Shown here: positions 11,821 to 23,830 of the stretch, one piece after another
Layout: each line of letters starts with the position of its first letter
Numbering within the stretch: position 1 is the stretch's first letter
Assembly: GCF_963921235.1 (NCBI RefSeq)
Contig: NC_086109.1
Coordinates: 24,306,001-24,370,000 of the forward strand
DNA from: Mobula hypostoma
Lineage: Eukaryota
Direction of reading: 5' to 3'
DNA: 64,000 bases
Position numbers and translations under genes: made by a program
The notes under the pieces: generated by a model
The model's input: the letters and a program-made list of their open reading frames with translations, nothing else
Told to the model about the DNA's origin: nothing
The model's database searches: none

Positions 11821-12534
11821 ATGCTCAGGGGATCGTTGTAAACCAAACTAATTGAAGCTTTTACGTCTCGGATATTTAACATAGAGGAACAAAACAAAAT
11901 GGTGAAGCTGATCACTGGTGGCGTTGCTCAGAGGCTATGCTGCCGCTCAAAACAATGTCAACACTTGGAGGTCCATGGGACAGTGCAACCTGGCATCTCC
12001 TTTGAGAACCCAATGTGGAATTATTGCACTGAGCGTATATTGCAGTCAGTTAGAAACTAACCATTGTTGCACATCCTGAGGTGAATTAGAGAGTGCTTTC
12101 TGTCGTAGGGCATAGTTAAAGTTAAAGTCTGTCCTGAGCCTTGTGGCCCATCAGGCCAGTGCTTGATAACTGCTTGTAAATTGCTTACACCCTCCTGATG
12201 TTGGCAAAACCAGAAGGAAATGGTCTTTTTATTCATGAATATCAAATCAAATGATGGTAAAGTCTGAAAACAATAAGACAGCTGAGCTCAGAACATCCAA
12301 CTCTGTGCACGGTAAAATTGCCTACATGGGTTTAGGCTCGGGCCACAAACCTGTTGCAAACATTTTCAGCTGCACATATCTTGAATGTGAAGCACGCACC
12401 TTGTCAAACAATAAAATATATTGAATTTGAAAGAGATTTTTAATATAACTTCTAGATTAATTAAATTGTAGGACAAAATTGGTAGAAAGTGGCAGAAATA
12501 TGTACGGTATATTTCTGAATATGTATATCTGCAT

Positions 12535-12700
12535 TGGGTTTATTATCACTGACATATGTCATGAAATTTGTTGTTCTGCAGCAGCAGTATTATGTCATAT
12601 AGTGAGATAGTGTTCATGGGTTTACTCCATGCAGAAATCAAATGGTGGAGGGGAAGAAGCAGTTTTTAAAAAGTTGCTTGTGTGTCTTCAGGCTCATGAT
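12535..12700 (-). mobile_element. Rex1/Babar 3' tail fragment
   Basis: GGTTTATTATCACTGACATATGTCATGAAATTTGTTG is the reverse complement of the tail at about 8278-8315. Confidence 0.75.
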
Positions 12701-13284
12701 AAAATTTGATTAATTTTTTTTTAGAGCAAAGCTTGGGCTAGATATTTGATATAAAGTTCAGAGATTTTGAATTGGGGTCATATGCTGCATTATGATTTCT
12801 ATAGTATATTGCACTTTTACCACCTCTGTATCTACCTTGGAAATATTTAGTGGGGCAGTGAGGAGCAAGCACTCTACTTTATCTAACTCATAGCGTATCA
12901 ACCCTAAAGTATTTGATGGGATATTGTAGAGAGGCGTTTCCTCTGCAAATAACTTACTGCTGTAGGACTGTTTGATAGGTCTTGCTTTAGTCTCTGGCAG
13001 GCTTGTTTCTTTCATCCAGTTTTATTACTTGTCTTTAATCCATATATAGCTTTGCTTTAAGTGCTTACAAGTTATGGTGGCATGCAACTCTGAAGCAAAA
13101 TAATCTTTGCAGACAGTTTACTGTGTACATTGGCACTGATAACGTCTCCACTACCTCAAGCATAAATCTTGTCTAGTTTCCAACCAGGAGTGACAGTGTA
13201 TTCTTTGCTCTGAGGGCAAGGGGAAATCTCTTCTCCGAGTTAAAATCTCTTCCATCACAGCAATAGGTTCCATCAGAGCTCAGC

Positions 13285-13720
13285 ACAACACAGAACCCAA
13301 CCTCCCCTCCATGGATTCTGTCTATACTTCTTGCTGACTCGGCAAAGCAGCCAGCATAATCAAAGAAGCTGCCTGTCCAGAATATTCTCACTCCTCATCT
13401 CTTCCATGATGCAGAAGAAACAAAAGCATGAAAGCACACATGACCAGGCTCAAGGGCAACTTCTACCCCACTGTTATAAGATTATTGAATGCTATGATAA
13501 AATAGACTCTTGACCTCACAATCTGCCTTATTAGGATCTTTCACCTTACTGATTACCTGCAATGCACTTTTTTGGTACCTGGTGCACTTTATCCTGCATT
13601 CTACTATTGCTTTACCTTGTACTACACCAATGCACTGTGTAGTAAATTGAATTCTACAAACAGTAAGCGAGATAAGCTTTTCACTGTACCTTGGTACACA
13701 TGACAGTAATAAACCAATTT
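13285..13720 (+). mobile_element. Rex1/Babar 3' fragment
   Basis: CCTCCCCTCCATGGATTCTGTCTATACTTCT..GCAGCCAGCATAATC..TTTTCACTGTACCTTGGTACACATGACAGTAATAAACCAATT; near-identical organisation at 41385-41812. Confidence 0.8.
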
Positions 13721-13895
13721 TCTTTTGACATCTGCTTTGGTTTTAAAATAACCTTTTTCTGAAACCTCCATCCTTTGAACCCCATTTTATATATTTTTAG
13801 TTTGTTTTAGTTTTAAAGTAACTTTATTGATACATAACAAAAAAAATTCTGAATTATAATATTGTTCTCTGCATCCAGGATGTCATACCGTCACC

Positions 13896-14020
13896 GAAGG
13901 GTTTCGGCCCGAAACGTCAACATTATTTTTTTCTCCATAGATGCCGCCTGACCTGCTGAGCTCCTCCAGCGTTTTGTGCGTGTTGCTCAGATTTCCAGCG
14001 TCTGCTGATTTTCTCTTTTT
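13896..14020 (+). mobile_element. Short PLE-terminus insertion
   Basis: GAAGGGTTTCGGCCCGAAACGTC..ATAGATGCCGCCTGACCTGCTGAG..ATTTCCAGCGTCTGC; imperfect flanking direct repeat 13881-13895 / 14021-14035. Confidence 0.8.
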
Positions 14021-14974
14021 TGTAATACTGTCCCCCCCCACCCCTCCCCACCTTGGCTCGGAAAAGTTTCCAACAACCAAGCAGATACCATGAATTCCCT
14101 CTCCAAGAACAGCCAGGTTTCAATTTAACTGTGGATGAGGGACAGGCAGGCAGCTATGATAGAACCCTGACACCCTGATACCCGGAATTGTCAATTGTCT
14201 CTTAGGCCAATGTTGATTCAGCCTCCTGACTGAACATGCCACCACGTTCCTAAACCCTTGCCCCCCCCCCCCCACCTCCATGGCAGATGACTAGTGAGCA
14301 AAAGCTTAAGTACAAGCACATGAGGAGCGCTAAGGACATGATCTAAAGATCTAAAAGTATTAGTGAGGCAGTGTAGAGGGAGCTATATGCTAAACCTAAC
14401 TCAAACTGCAGTGTGCTAAGAATGTTTAATGGGACAGTGTAGAGGGAGTTTTACCCTGAATCTAATGCATGTGCATGCTACCTCAGGAATGCTTGATCTA
14501 GATACTTATACCTGAAGCATTTTATTCTCTGTCATGAAGTTCAGAAGCACAAAAGGGAACAAAAGGAACTGGATCCTGCAACAGGGATGAAAATGTGACG
14601 ACTCTTGTTCAGGGGACAGAAATTAGTTTCCTTCCCTAGTAAGTTCATTGAATAGATAAGTCTCATTTTTTATGATATGGTATTCCATGGCATTGCGAAC
14701 TTGAATCGGCTGCTGTCAGGTTTCTGTTCCCCCATTGCCTAATTATTACTTGCTTTCACTCGTCAAGATGACAGAATAGAATACAAAACTGAAAGGAGTG
14801 ATGTGAGCAGATTAGAGCAGAAATCAATCGAGGGTCAAATATAAGAATTTAATAAGTGAAGCAGAACTTTAGAAATAAATGATGAAACGTATTGGAATGA
14901 AACAGCCAGCTGTGAATAGATAAATGTTTTTCTTTTAAAAGAAAATGTACACTTTATTAAAAATGTACACTGAA

Positions 14975-15270
14975 AATGTAATCAGAGGAGGCTAATTAAG
15001 CCTTTAATTAGGCTGCCTCATTACTAATGCAAATTAGATTACACTACTTAGCCCCATCGTGTCCACAACACGATCGTAATTGTAGGCTTTGAAATTAAAT
15101 TACACAGTGATTAGCATTTCAAAGGGATTTATTCAGGATTCCACCCCCACCCCCCAACTTATGACAAAAAAAACAAATGGCCAGTCTTAATACGGAGTTT
15201 TGTTAATTAAATATCTTCTTCCATTCCTCACTTTCGGTAATTTCCAGCCACTTAACACTTCTGGTCTAAA
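14975..15270. promoter_or_regulatory. Putative conserved enhancer (homeodomain/POU/TCF site cluster)
   Basis: Unique sequence with GCTAATTAAGC, TTTAATTAGG, octamer ATGCAAAT (15027-15034), CTTTGAA, TTCAAAG and GTTAATTAA within 300 bp. Conservation not tested. Confidence 0.5.
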
Positions 15271-16589
15271 TGGGACATTGTTTATTGGCAGAGGCAGCAG
15301 AGACTAGAATGCTGCATTTAACCTTGGAACGTCTTGGGCGAAAAAGAACAGCGAGACTCCCTGATTTCTGGTCACTACTGCCTCCCTCCACCAGCCCAAT
15401 CCCCAAAAGGCAGAGCACATTAGAATTACTGCTCTGCACCGCTGAATTGCTCACTACCACCTGATGGTGCCCACCTGTGGAAGTGTTACCCCAGTAAGAG
15501 TCAGCACCTCTGTGTAGAGAAATGTCAAGGAAGAAATCATAATATTATAACTTGAACCTATAAAAGCCTTGTATTTAAAAAAATCTTGCATTGCCAGGAA
15601 CTGTAGCTGTCTTAATTTATTTATAATATTTTCAAGATTTCCAAAAACACGAACAGAACGTCCATTCCCAGCTGTACTCCTCCCTACTCTATAATGCAAT
15701 TACAAGAAAATATTTGCACATTTAAGAAAAAAAATTCTCCACAATTGTTTAAACTTCCCAATGAATCATTCAGGACTGAGCTCACAGAACTAATTAAGCT
15801 TTCTAAACTAACAGGCACTGTTGTTAGTTCAACTTGGGTTCTTGGCAATGTCAAAGTGAAGTTTCCTCTGCCGATCACCTGAGCGATTTTCCTATCAGAA
15901 TGTAGGTGCACACTGGGGCCCCAGTAAGATACCTTTCTCAATGTTACTGAGCTTTATGCAGTTGCCAGCATCAGACCGACTGACTCAATGTTCTTTACAG
16001 CTTTTCTCTGCCTTGTTGTTTGTACTTCCAGCCCCACAGAGCAAGTTTTTCCTCATGGTTACAATGGATCATCAACCTGTTGGCTTTCTATTCCAGTGAA
16101 TGTCTCGCATACATTTCCAGCTGATTTTGTTTTCTCTTCAGTCTGATGTGTTTTATAAACCTTCTAATTCTGCACCTTGCACTATTCCCAATGAATGTAT
16201 AGAAAGGTTAAACTTGCACGTACTCCACAGAAATCTTGTATATGATCCACTCTGGATGGGTGATCTGCTCGAGGTTTCATTCCACGCCCTCCCACCTCTA
16301 CTGCTCTGCCCCCAAGTTCGGTCACTTCAGGCATTCAAGGCATACCCTTCCTCCCATAGACAATCTATAGGCGGACTGACACTTTCTAGCCTGATTGGAA
16401 AGATAATTCTTGATTATCAATCAAACTCACTTTCCCCCCCACACTTCACCCCTCCCATTCCTCAACCCACCCCAGTCTAGCAGCACTCCAGCACCATTCA
16501 ATAAAATAAATAAGAGCAGATGCACCTTATCAGAATCTCTGTAACTTGTCCCTGAGCTACTTGCAAATGTTTGAAAAAGTGTACGTTTT

Positions 16590-16790
16590 TGATGTGCAGC
16601 TGGGTGGCAGGCCCTTCCAGCCCAATGAGCCCGTACCAGCCGCCCAGTTATTCCCATTTGACCGACGTACATCTTTGAAATGCCGAAGGAAAGCAAAGCA
16701 CTCTGAGGAAACCCATGCAGTCATGGGGAGAACGTACAGACTCCTTACAGACTGCACAGTTATGCCAGCCACCACGCTACCATACCACAG
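16590..16790 (-). mobile_element. Degenerate V-domain SINE
   Basis: GGCCCTTCCAGCCC..GAGGAAACCCATGCAGTCATGGGGAGAACGTACAGACTCCTTACAGAC. Confidence 0.72.
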
Positions 16791-16889
16791 TAATCTCCAA
16801 CTCTTACAGACACCACAACAAGCTGGGTGATCCATCCAACCATCCTCCTTGGGGCCTCATAATCAGAGAAGTCAGCTTTCAGCCAATCC

Positions 16890-18490
16890 AGTCCACGTTG
16901 ATCTCAAGAAAAAGCTTGTAGCACCGGATGCAAGAAAGGCAATGGAGCCCGACAGCATCCCAGCACCAGAATTAGCTGCACCTCCAACCAACCTGTATCC
17001 ATTCAGGTGCAACACCAGCATCTACTTGACAATTGCCTAGATGTGTCCCATTCACAAAAATCAGGACAAATACAGTCTAGCTAACCACCAGCCAATCAGT
17101 TTACTTACAATTATCATCAGTCCTACCGAATGCCACTTACTGGGTTGGCATGGTGACGTGGTGCTTAGCACAATGCTTTACAGTACCAGCAGCCCGGGTT
17201 CTTCTCCCGTCACTGCCTCTGAGGAGTTTGTACGTTCTCCCTGTGACCACGTGAGATTTCCCCAGATGCTCCAGTTTCCTCCCACTATCCAAAGATGTAC
17301 TGGTTGGTAGGTTAAGTGAGCACAGTAAATTGTCCTGTGATGAAGCTAGGATTAAATCGGGGCATTTGCTGGGTTCAAAGGGCAGGAAAGTCCAATTCCA
17401 GGATGTATCACAAAAAATAAATAATAATTCATTCAGCAATAAACTATTCTTAGATACATACTCCATCCCTGAGCTCAAAGTCTTAGTTCAAACAATGACC
17501 AAGGAGCTGATTTCAGTGGTGTGATGGAAGTGACTGCCATTGGCATCAAGGTGGTGTTTAGCTAATGTGGCATTAAGCGGGTTTGGTTGAACTGAAATCA
17601 ATAGACATGAACAAGAAAATTTCCCAGTGAATGGAGCCAACCCTCACACAAAAAAAAATGATGACTGAGACTAAGGGAGAATGATCATTGTAGAGGTTCC
17701 TTAGGACAGTGATTCGGGCCCATGTTCTGCTGTTTTATCTTCAGCTGCTTGATGACCTTCCTTTATTATATGATGGAGACATTTTCTGATGGCTGCACAA
17801 TGTTCGAGTGCACTCTTAAATTTCTCACCAAATGATCATTCCACACTTGCACACAGAAGGACCAAGGCAAATTTCAGGCAAGTAAAATTCATGCCTCAGA
17901 AGTGCCAGGAATTGAGCATCTCCAACAAGAAAGAGTCTAACCACATATCCCTGATATTCAACAGCATTATCATTGATAAATCCAACATTAATGCATCTCC
18001 ATCGATCAGAAACACAAATGGACCAGCTAAGTAAGGCCGCAGGAGAAGATCAGATGCCGATTATCCTGCAGCAAGTGACCTCCCTTCTGAGAGCTCAAAG
18101 CATTTTTATAATCTACAAGGTACCATGTGCTAAACATTCAGTCCCAACAACACACAGTCGTAGTCTTGTGCATCATTAACAAAATGCATCACACTTATTA
18201 GGCTGCTACCACAGTATTTGACAAAATCATGACTTTTGCCACTAGGAAGGACCAAGGACTTTAGGTGCCTAGGTCTCTAATGTATTCCCTTAATTTGCAT
18301 ACAATACTAACTTATAATAGTGTCCCCATTCCCCCATTGAAACTGGGTCTCCATCTTACTGTAGTACTTCCCAATGATATTTTCACAGTATCCTGGCCAT
18401 GAAGACTAAACTATTCAAGAGGATGGCTCATCTTCACTTTCTCACGAGCTGATAGGGTGGGCACTAAATGCTGCCCTTGTCAATCAAATA
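16890..18490 (+). mobile_element. Old CR1/L2-group LINE RT remnant, interrupted by a SINE
   Basis: KAMEPDSIPAPELAAP, CPIHKNQDK..ANHQPISLL, and after the SINE LVQTMTKEL..VTAIGIK (DIKAAFD-like region); decayed 3' tail near 18420-18485. Confidence 0.7.
17141..17425 (+). mobile_element. Full-length V-domain SINE nested in an older LINE
   Basis: tRNA-like head, GGAGTTTGTACGTTCTCCCTGTGACCACGTG..TTTCCTCCCACTATCCAAAGATGT core, AAAT tail. Confidence 0.85.
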
Positions 18491-18533
18491 AAACTTTGGC
18501 AATTCTAAAACTTTGATCAATGCCAGCTACTGG

Positions 18534-18990
18534 AACAGAGTCAGAATCAGAATCATTGGATATGTCGTGAAATTTGTTAACTGTACAGCAGCAGTACCAT
18601 GCGAGGAGGGAGGGAATGTTGACTCAGACCAAGAGAGGTCTGGGTCGGGCATTTTCATGCCTTACAAGGCGCAGATTGGAAATCTGTGTGGGGCGCCACT
18701 CCTCGCACACACACTAGAGCAATGTGTGGTTAAGTGCCTTGCTCAAGGACACAAACACGCTGCCACAGCTGAGGCTCGAACTAGCGACCTTCAGATCACT
18801 AGACGAACACCTAGACCACTTGGCCACATGCCCAACACATATAATGAAATACATGATAAATAAATAGAGGAAAAAACTGAATTACAGTGAGTATATGTCT
18901 ATTAAATAGTTATGTTACAATAAGCAGAGCAAAAAAAGAGAAATAAAAAAAGTAATGAGGTAGTGTTCATGGGTTCAATGCCCATTCAAA
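18534..18990 (-). mobile_element. Rex1/Babar 3' tail hosting a CORE-SINE
   Basis: (AGAATC)n tail, ATATGTCGTGAAATTTGTT; resumes after 18838 with GAGGTAGTGTTCATGGGTTCAATGCCCATTCA. Confidence 0.78.
18601..18838 (-). mobile_element. tRNA-derived CORE-SINE
   Basis: Minus strand: A box TGGCCAAGTGG (18816-18826), B box AGTTCGAGCC (18773-18782), CORE motif GTGTCCTTGAGCAAGGCACTTAACC (18728-18752), structured 3' tail. Confidence 0.85.
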
Positions 18991-18999
18991 AGTGTTTCC

Positions 19000-19220
19000 T
19001 CCGAAACCCAGGGCATGTCCTTTTCTCATTGTTACCATCAGGTAGGAGGTACAGAAGCCTGAAGGCACATACTCCGTGATTCAAGAGCAGCGTCTTCCCC
19101 TCTGCCATCTGATTACTTTTTTTCCCTTCATCTATATTATGTTTTGCATTGAACTGCTGCTGCTAAGTTAACAAATTTCATGACATGTGCCAGTGATAAT
19201 AAACCTGATTCCGATTCTGA
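19000..19220 (+). mobile_element. Rex1/Babar 3' end
   Basis: HPGH-like..LLPSGRRYRSLKAHT..FKSSVFPSAI coding remnant and AAATTTCATGACATGTGCCAGTGATAATAAACCTGATTCCGATTCTGA tail. Confidence 0.82.
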
Positions 19221-19774
19221 ACAAACGTCCTATTGCCTTGTATCTGATTCATAAATAGTGTTCATATTGGACCTGAGGAGCAGAAGGATTAGGCCTTTCT
19301 GTTGTTAAAAAGGCAGAAATAAATTTTCGGCAATAATTGTCAAATCAAAACAAACCTTAAGTTGGTCAATTATTAAGGTTATTTACCGTGCCTTGTGGCC
19401 AACAATAAGTTGGTTTCTGAGGTGACCAGTCGATAAAGTTAAGTTCCCCGAGATGTATTGGATACAACCTCCTAGCCCACAGAGTGTGCCATATATAACC
19501 TCTGAGTGCACATTTAGGAACGTAACACAGGAGCTGTTAACTGCATTATCATCACATCATCTTGGGTAGTGCAATATATTTTTTTTCCAAAGAAGATAAT
19601 GATTATTAGCCTTCTAACTGTCATCCCCAAGGTGGGTTTCATTCTCAGCTGTCAATTTTTGTTGGTGAAAGTGTATAGAATTTATTTAAAGGTGCATGGT
19701 CCTAATGGCGAAAAAGAATCTTTTGTACCAGAGATTATTTTTTTCCTTTTCATGAATGTACGTAGTAAAGATAA

Positions 19775-20360
19775 ATCTCTTGACCTTCTAGAGATGCACA
19801 GTTGAGAGCATCCTAATGTGATGCATCGCTGCATGGTGCAGAAACTGCTCTGTTGCATACTGGAAGGCTCTACAATGGGTTGTCGAAACTGCCCAAAACA
19901 CATCACTGGCAGCAAGGACATATATACAGAAAGATGCTGGAAAAAAAAGGCCAGCGATATCATGAAGGGTCGCATCCCCCTGCTTTTGAACAGTTTGTCC
20001 CACACCCATCAGGGAGGAGACTATGTAGCATCCATGCTAGGACCACCAGACTCAAAAGCAATTATTTTCCCCAAGCAGTAAAGCTTATCAACGTCTCCAC
20101 CCACTAACCCACACCACCATCACTATCACTTCCTGTCAGAGTCACCTTATGTACAGACACTCCTGTGCCTAGTGTCACTTTAAGGCCATACAATCAAATT
20201 ACGTATATAATCTATCTTATGTATTTACATCTATTTTGTTTTTTATTGTTGCATTTGTTATCTTATTGTGTGTCTTTTGTGCTGCATTGGATCTGCAATT
20301 GTTTCGTTCTCCTTTACACTTGTGTACTGGAAATAACATTTAAGAATCCTGAATCTTGAA
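19775..20360 (+). mobile_element. Rex1/Babar 3' fragment
   Basis: RCTVESIL, IYTERCWKKKASDIMK, PSGRRLCSIHARTTRLKSNYFPQAVKLIN; (GAATCTT)n-type tail. Confidence 0.87.
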
Positions 20361-21244
20361 GTGAAAGTGAATGGTGCCAAGTCTGAGATTAGTGAGGGTC
20401 TCTTAGAAGCAACTCTATCTTCTCGAAATCTTGACCCTCAAAAAAGAGCCCAACTAATGTAAAAGTCAGGTCCACAACTCAGATCAAACGAATCCTGTAA
20501 GACCCAACGGGTCAACAGTGTGAGGTTCCGTGCATCAGCTTTTTCACTTTACAACAAAAACACGGTGGAGAAACTCAAACATACTAGAACACTGCAGACA
20601 TGGAACCTTTTCCCTGCTTGATTGAACCTACTAATACAGTCAGCCTTGACCAACCTAAGGATTTACTTCAACCTCACAAAATATTTGACATCAATTCAAA
20701 TTACCCTGATCCTAATCAAATACAAAAAACATAATATTCCAAACAAAATGTTCCCATGCACAAGCGGTGAATTTCCCAACTAAATATCCAGCCCATGAAA
20801 ACGATGGCCTCCAACGACAAGAGGAAAGCAGTTCACATGATATAATAACTTGCAACCTCTGACTGCTCACCTTTTCACTAACCCTTTCAACACATGAAAT
20901 GGTCCATTTGGTTGAACTGATCTAAACCGTGTTTACCTTCCATATGGTCCCTTCCCATCTTGCTTTAATGCACCCTATCAAGAATCCCACCATTCCTTTC
21001 CTCCATTCATAGGTAGCTAGTGTCCCATTAAAGATATGGTTTAGATGCCTCCCTGCAAAAGTGATTTCCACATTCGGACTATCCTCCAGCTGAAGGTTTT
21101 GCTCCTGAATTTCCTTTTATGGCCATCAACCACTCACTACCTATTAAAACCATATGAAACAAAACAAACTTAACAGAAAATAAACTACAGAAACTTCACA
21201 CTGAAGTATTTTAACATGGTTGCATTTTCCATAAGAAGGTCTCC

Positions 21245-21522
21245 TGATGAGGGGTAGACAATTTAGAACGGAGTTGAGGAAAAACTTTTTCACACAGAGG
21301 GTTGTGGATCTGTGGAATGCTCTGCCTCAGAAGGCACTGGAGGCCAATTCTCTGGATTCTTTCAAAAAAGAGTTAGATAGAGCTCTTAAAGATAGCGGAG
21401 TGAAGGGATATGGGGAGAAGGCAGGAAAAGGGTACTGATTGTCGATGATCAGCCATGATCACAGTGAATGGTGGTGCTAGCTCAAAGAGCTGAACGGCCT
21501 ACTCCTGCACCTATTGTCTATG
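21245..21522 (+). mobile_element. CR1 LINE 3' end
   Basis: ORF 21247-21438 FRTELRKNFFTQRVVDLWNALPQ..FKKELDRALKDSGVKGYGEKAG is the CR1 ORF2 C-terminus, followed by a short 3' UTR. Confidence 0.93.
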
Positions 21523-21789
21523 ACATAATCTATCTTTCTTGCCTAGCCAAACCAATCAAGAAGAACATTTTCTGATTGGTGTTCCTGAGGCAGAATAGGA
21601 CCTACACTCATACAGTTTCTAAGAGCACTATGGAGCACTCTGTTCCAACACGATGAGACATTTCCCAAGTGCAAGCCCTACCCTATGTGTTAATGCTGAT
21701 GAGAAGGAAGAAAGAAGGAATGAAGGGATCACATTGATACTACATGTAGCTGGTACCAAAAGAAGTCCACAATATGATATTGGGTAGGA

Positions 21790-22115
21790 TTAAAGTCTTG
21801 GTGCTCAATTATTACTCCACAAAGTACAAGTTCAAATCCCACTGTTTAAAACTCCAGTTTTAAAAAATCTGAAAATAAAATACTTATTGTCAGCAAACAT
21901 AACAAAGAACCCAATGGGTTCATCACTGTCCTTCAAAGAAGGACATCTGTCAAACGTACCTGGCCTTGACTTATATGGCATACCAGGATCACATTATGTG
22001 ACTGCCCTTTAAATGCCCTCAGAAGGGAGCTTGACATTCAGCCCCTCATTTGCTTCTCAGGACTACAAGGAATGGCAATGTATGTCCACTATTGCTATGA
22101 CACCTCTTCAGCATG
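21790..22115 (+). mobile_element. Old SINE-like repeat sharing parts with the CR1/L2-group LINE
   Basis: B-box-like GTTCAAATCCC, then ACCCAATGGGTTCATCACTGTCCTTCAAAGAAGGACATCTG resembling 62822-62870. Confidence 0.5.
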
Positions 22116-22469
22116 AATTTAAAAAAAACATTGCTAGAAGAGTGGAATTATGCCGAAAATACCAAACCATTCACAATCTCAGGAGGGTTAAAACATCAAA
22201 AGGAAAATTTGAAGATTTCTGAATTTCTTTTTCAATTTAAAAGATACAATGCAAGGCCCTGAATATAACTACTGGAGTAAGGAATGGTTTGAACATTGCC
22301 ACTTAAAACCTAATTAAAATCAGCTGACATATCATACTAAGTATTTAGAATTTTTAAATAAAATTATTTTTCTAATGATTTTTTTTGTGAAAGCTTCTAT
22401 ATTTCTCTATTTTGTCAGCCTCAATGTGAACACCTTACATCGAGGAAGGAAGAAAATAATTTTTTTGAA

Positions 22470-22790
22470 AAAAGATCTTTCTTAATCAGAGGCAAATGTC
22501 CTTGAAAAATTAATTGGAGCCTCTCTCTTATCAGTTAATTAAATCTAGTTAGAAATCATTGTAACTTAACTGCGATTAAGAATCTTTCTCTGTTCCTTGG
22601 CATTTAGAGATAGTGTGACATAAAACCCTTTCACACCAGTAAAATAAAATAAAAAAATGAATTAAAATCTCTGAATAATCCTAGACACTTCCTCTGTTTG
22701 CTGCTAATTAGATGCAAGCTCGAAAAGCACTCTATTTCATCCATTGTTGGTTTGTAAAATATTAATCCATATAGTTAAAAAATTCTTCTT
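22470..22790. promoter_or_regulatory. Putative conserved enhancer (TAAT/TAATCC cluster)
   Basis: TAATCAGAGG, AATTAATTGG, GTTAATTAAA, GATTAAG, TGACA, TAATCC twice, CTAATTAG in repeat-free sequence. Confidence 0.45.
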
Positions 22791-23504
22791 TAAAAACATT
22801 TCATGAAATTACTACAAAAAATTATAGAAGCTTTCAACTCGTTATAGATATAACAACCCTTTTAAACTTACTTACTCTGGGGAAAAAAATATCTAATTAC
22901 TTTCCAGAACATTCTAATGTTACTGTTATTCAGCTAAAATCTAAAGCCATTTTTCTTTCAATTTTTTGACAATAAAAACTTTAATTTAAGGCACTTCATT
23001 TTTGACTGTATTGAATTTCAGAACCGTACATATCCAGAGCTGAGGCTCATTTCAGCTCTCAATTTTCTTTCTCTTTCATAATTATTCAAATTAAGAGTAC
23101 AGATCATTTTCTCCCTTGCTCTCTCCCTCAAACAAATACATTTTCCATTCTGAAAAGGATGATTTACTCACTGACTTCTTCTTCAACATACTTGCAATAG
23201 TACGTACGTGCATAATCATCGATGATAAAACTAGGTGTGTTGCACTGTTACAAAATTAAATTGTGGGAGCTGGACAATCTCATTAAAACTAAGGAGAGAT
23301 TATTTTTGGGCTGATACCAGAAATTCTTGTTCATGGCAAAAAATGCTTAAGTTGTGAAATAAATTTCCAATTAATGGGGTGAAGATAAAAGCATTGGAAC
23401 TATGTAAGAAATACCTTGAAGACAAAAATAAGCAGGATGAAAAGATTGATCATATTGGGTGAATTAAACAACAGCTCACTTTTGGATGGCATAATTAATC
23501 CATT

Positions 23505-23630
23505 ATATGTCCACAAGGTGTTTCACAGGACTGATGGAATACAATTGCGTAGATGCAAAGGAGGAGATATTAGGGCAGGTGATCAAACACTTGTTCAAAG
23601 GGATAGGTTTTAAGGAGTTTCCTAAAGGGG

Positions 23631-23686
<56 letters not shown>

Positions 23687-23830
23687 CAGAGAGAGAGATT
23701 CAAAATGAGACAGAGCTATTCAGAGAGAGAGAGAGAGAGAGAGCGAAAGTGTTAGAATATGGAAGGAAGTTACAGCGCATCAGGCTTAGCTGTCTGGAGG
23801 CATGACTGAAATGTTAGGTTGGCAAGAGCC
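23505..23830 (-). mobile_element. Old L2-like LINE 3' remnant containing an expanded (GA)n
   Basis: AGGAGATATTAGGGCAGGTGATCAAACACTTG..AGGTTTTAAGGAG is roughly the reverse complement of 46765-46810. Confidence 0.55.
23632..23745. repeat. (GA)n microsatellite
   Basis: About 26 perfect GA units followed by interrupted GA runs. Confidence 0.97.

Noticed and set aside
18770..18833. tRNA gene
   Set aside because: A and B boxes are present, but there is no proper acceptor stem and it continues into a CORE domain, so it is a SINE head.
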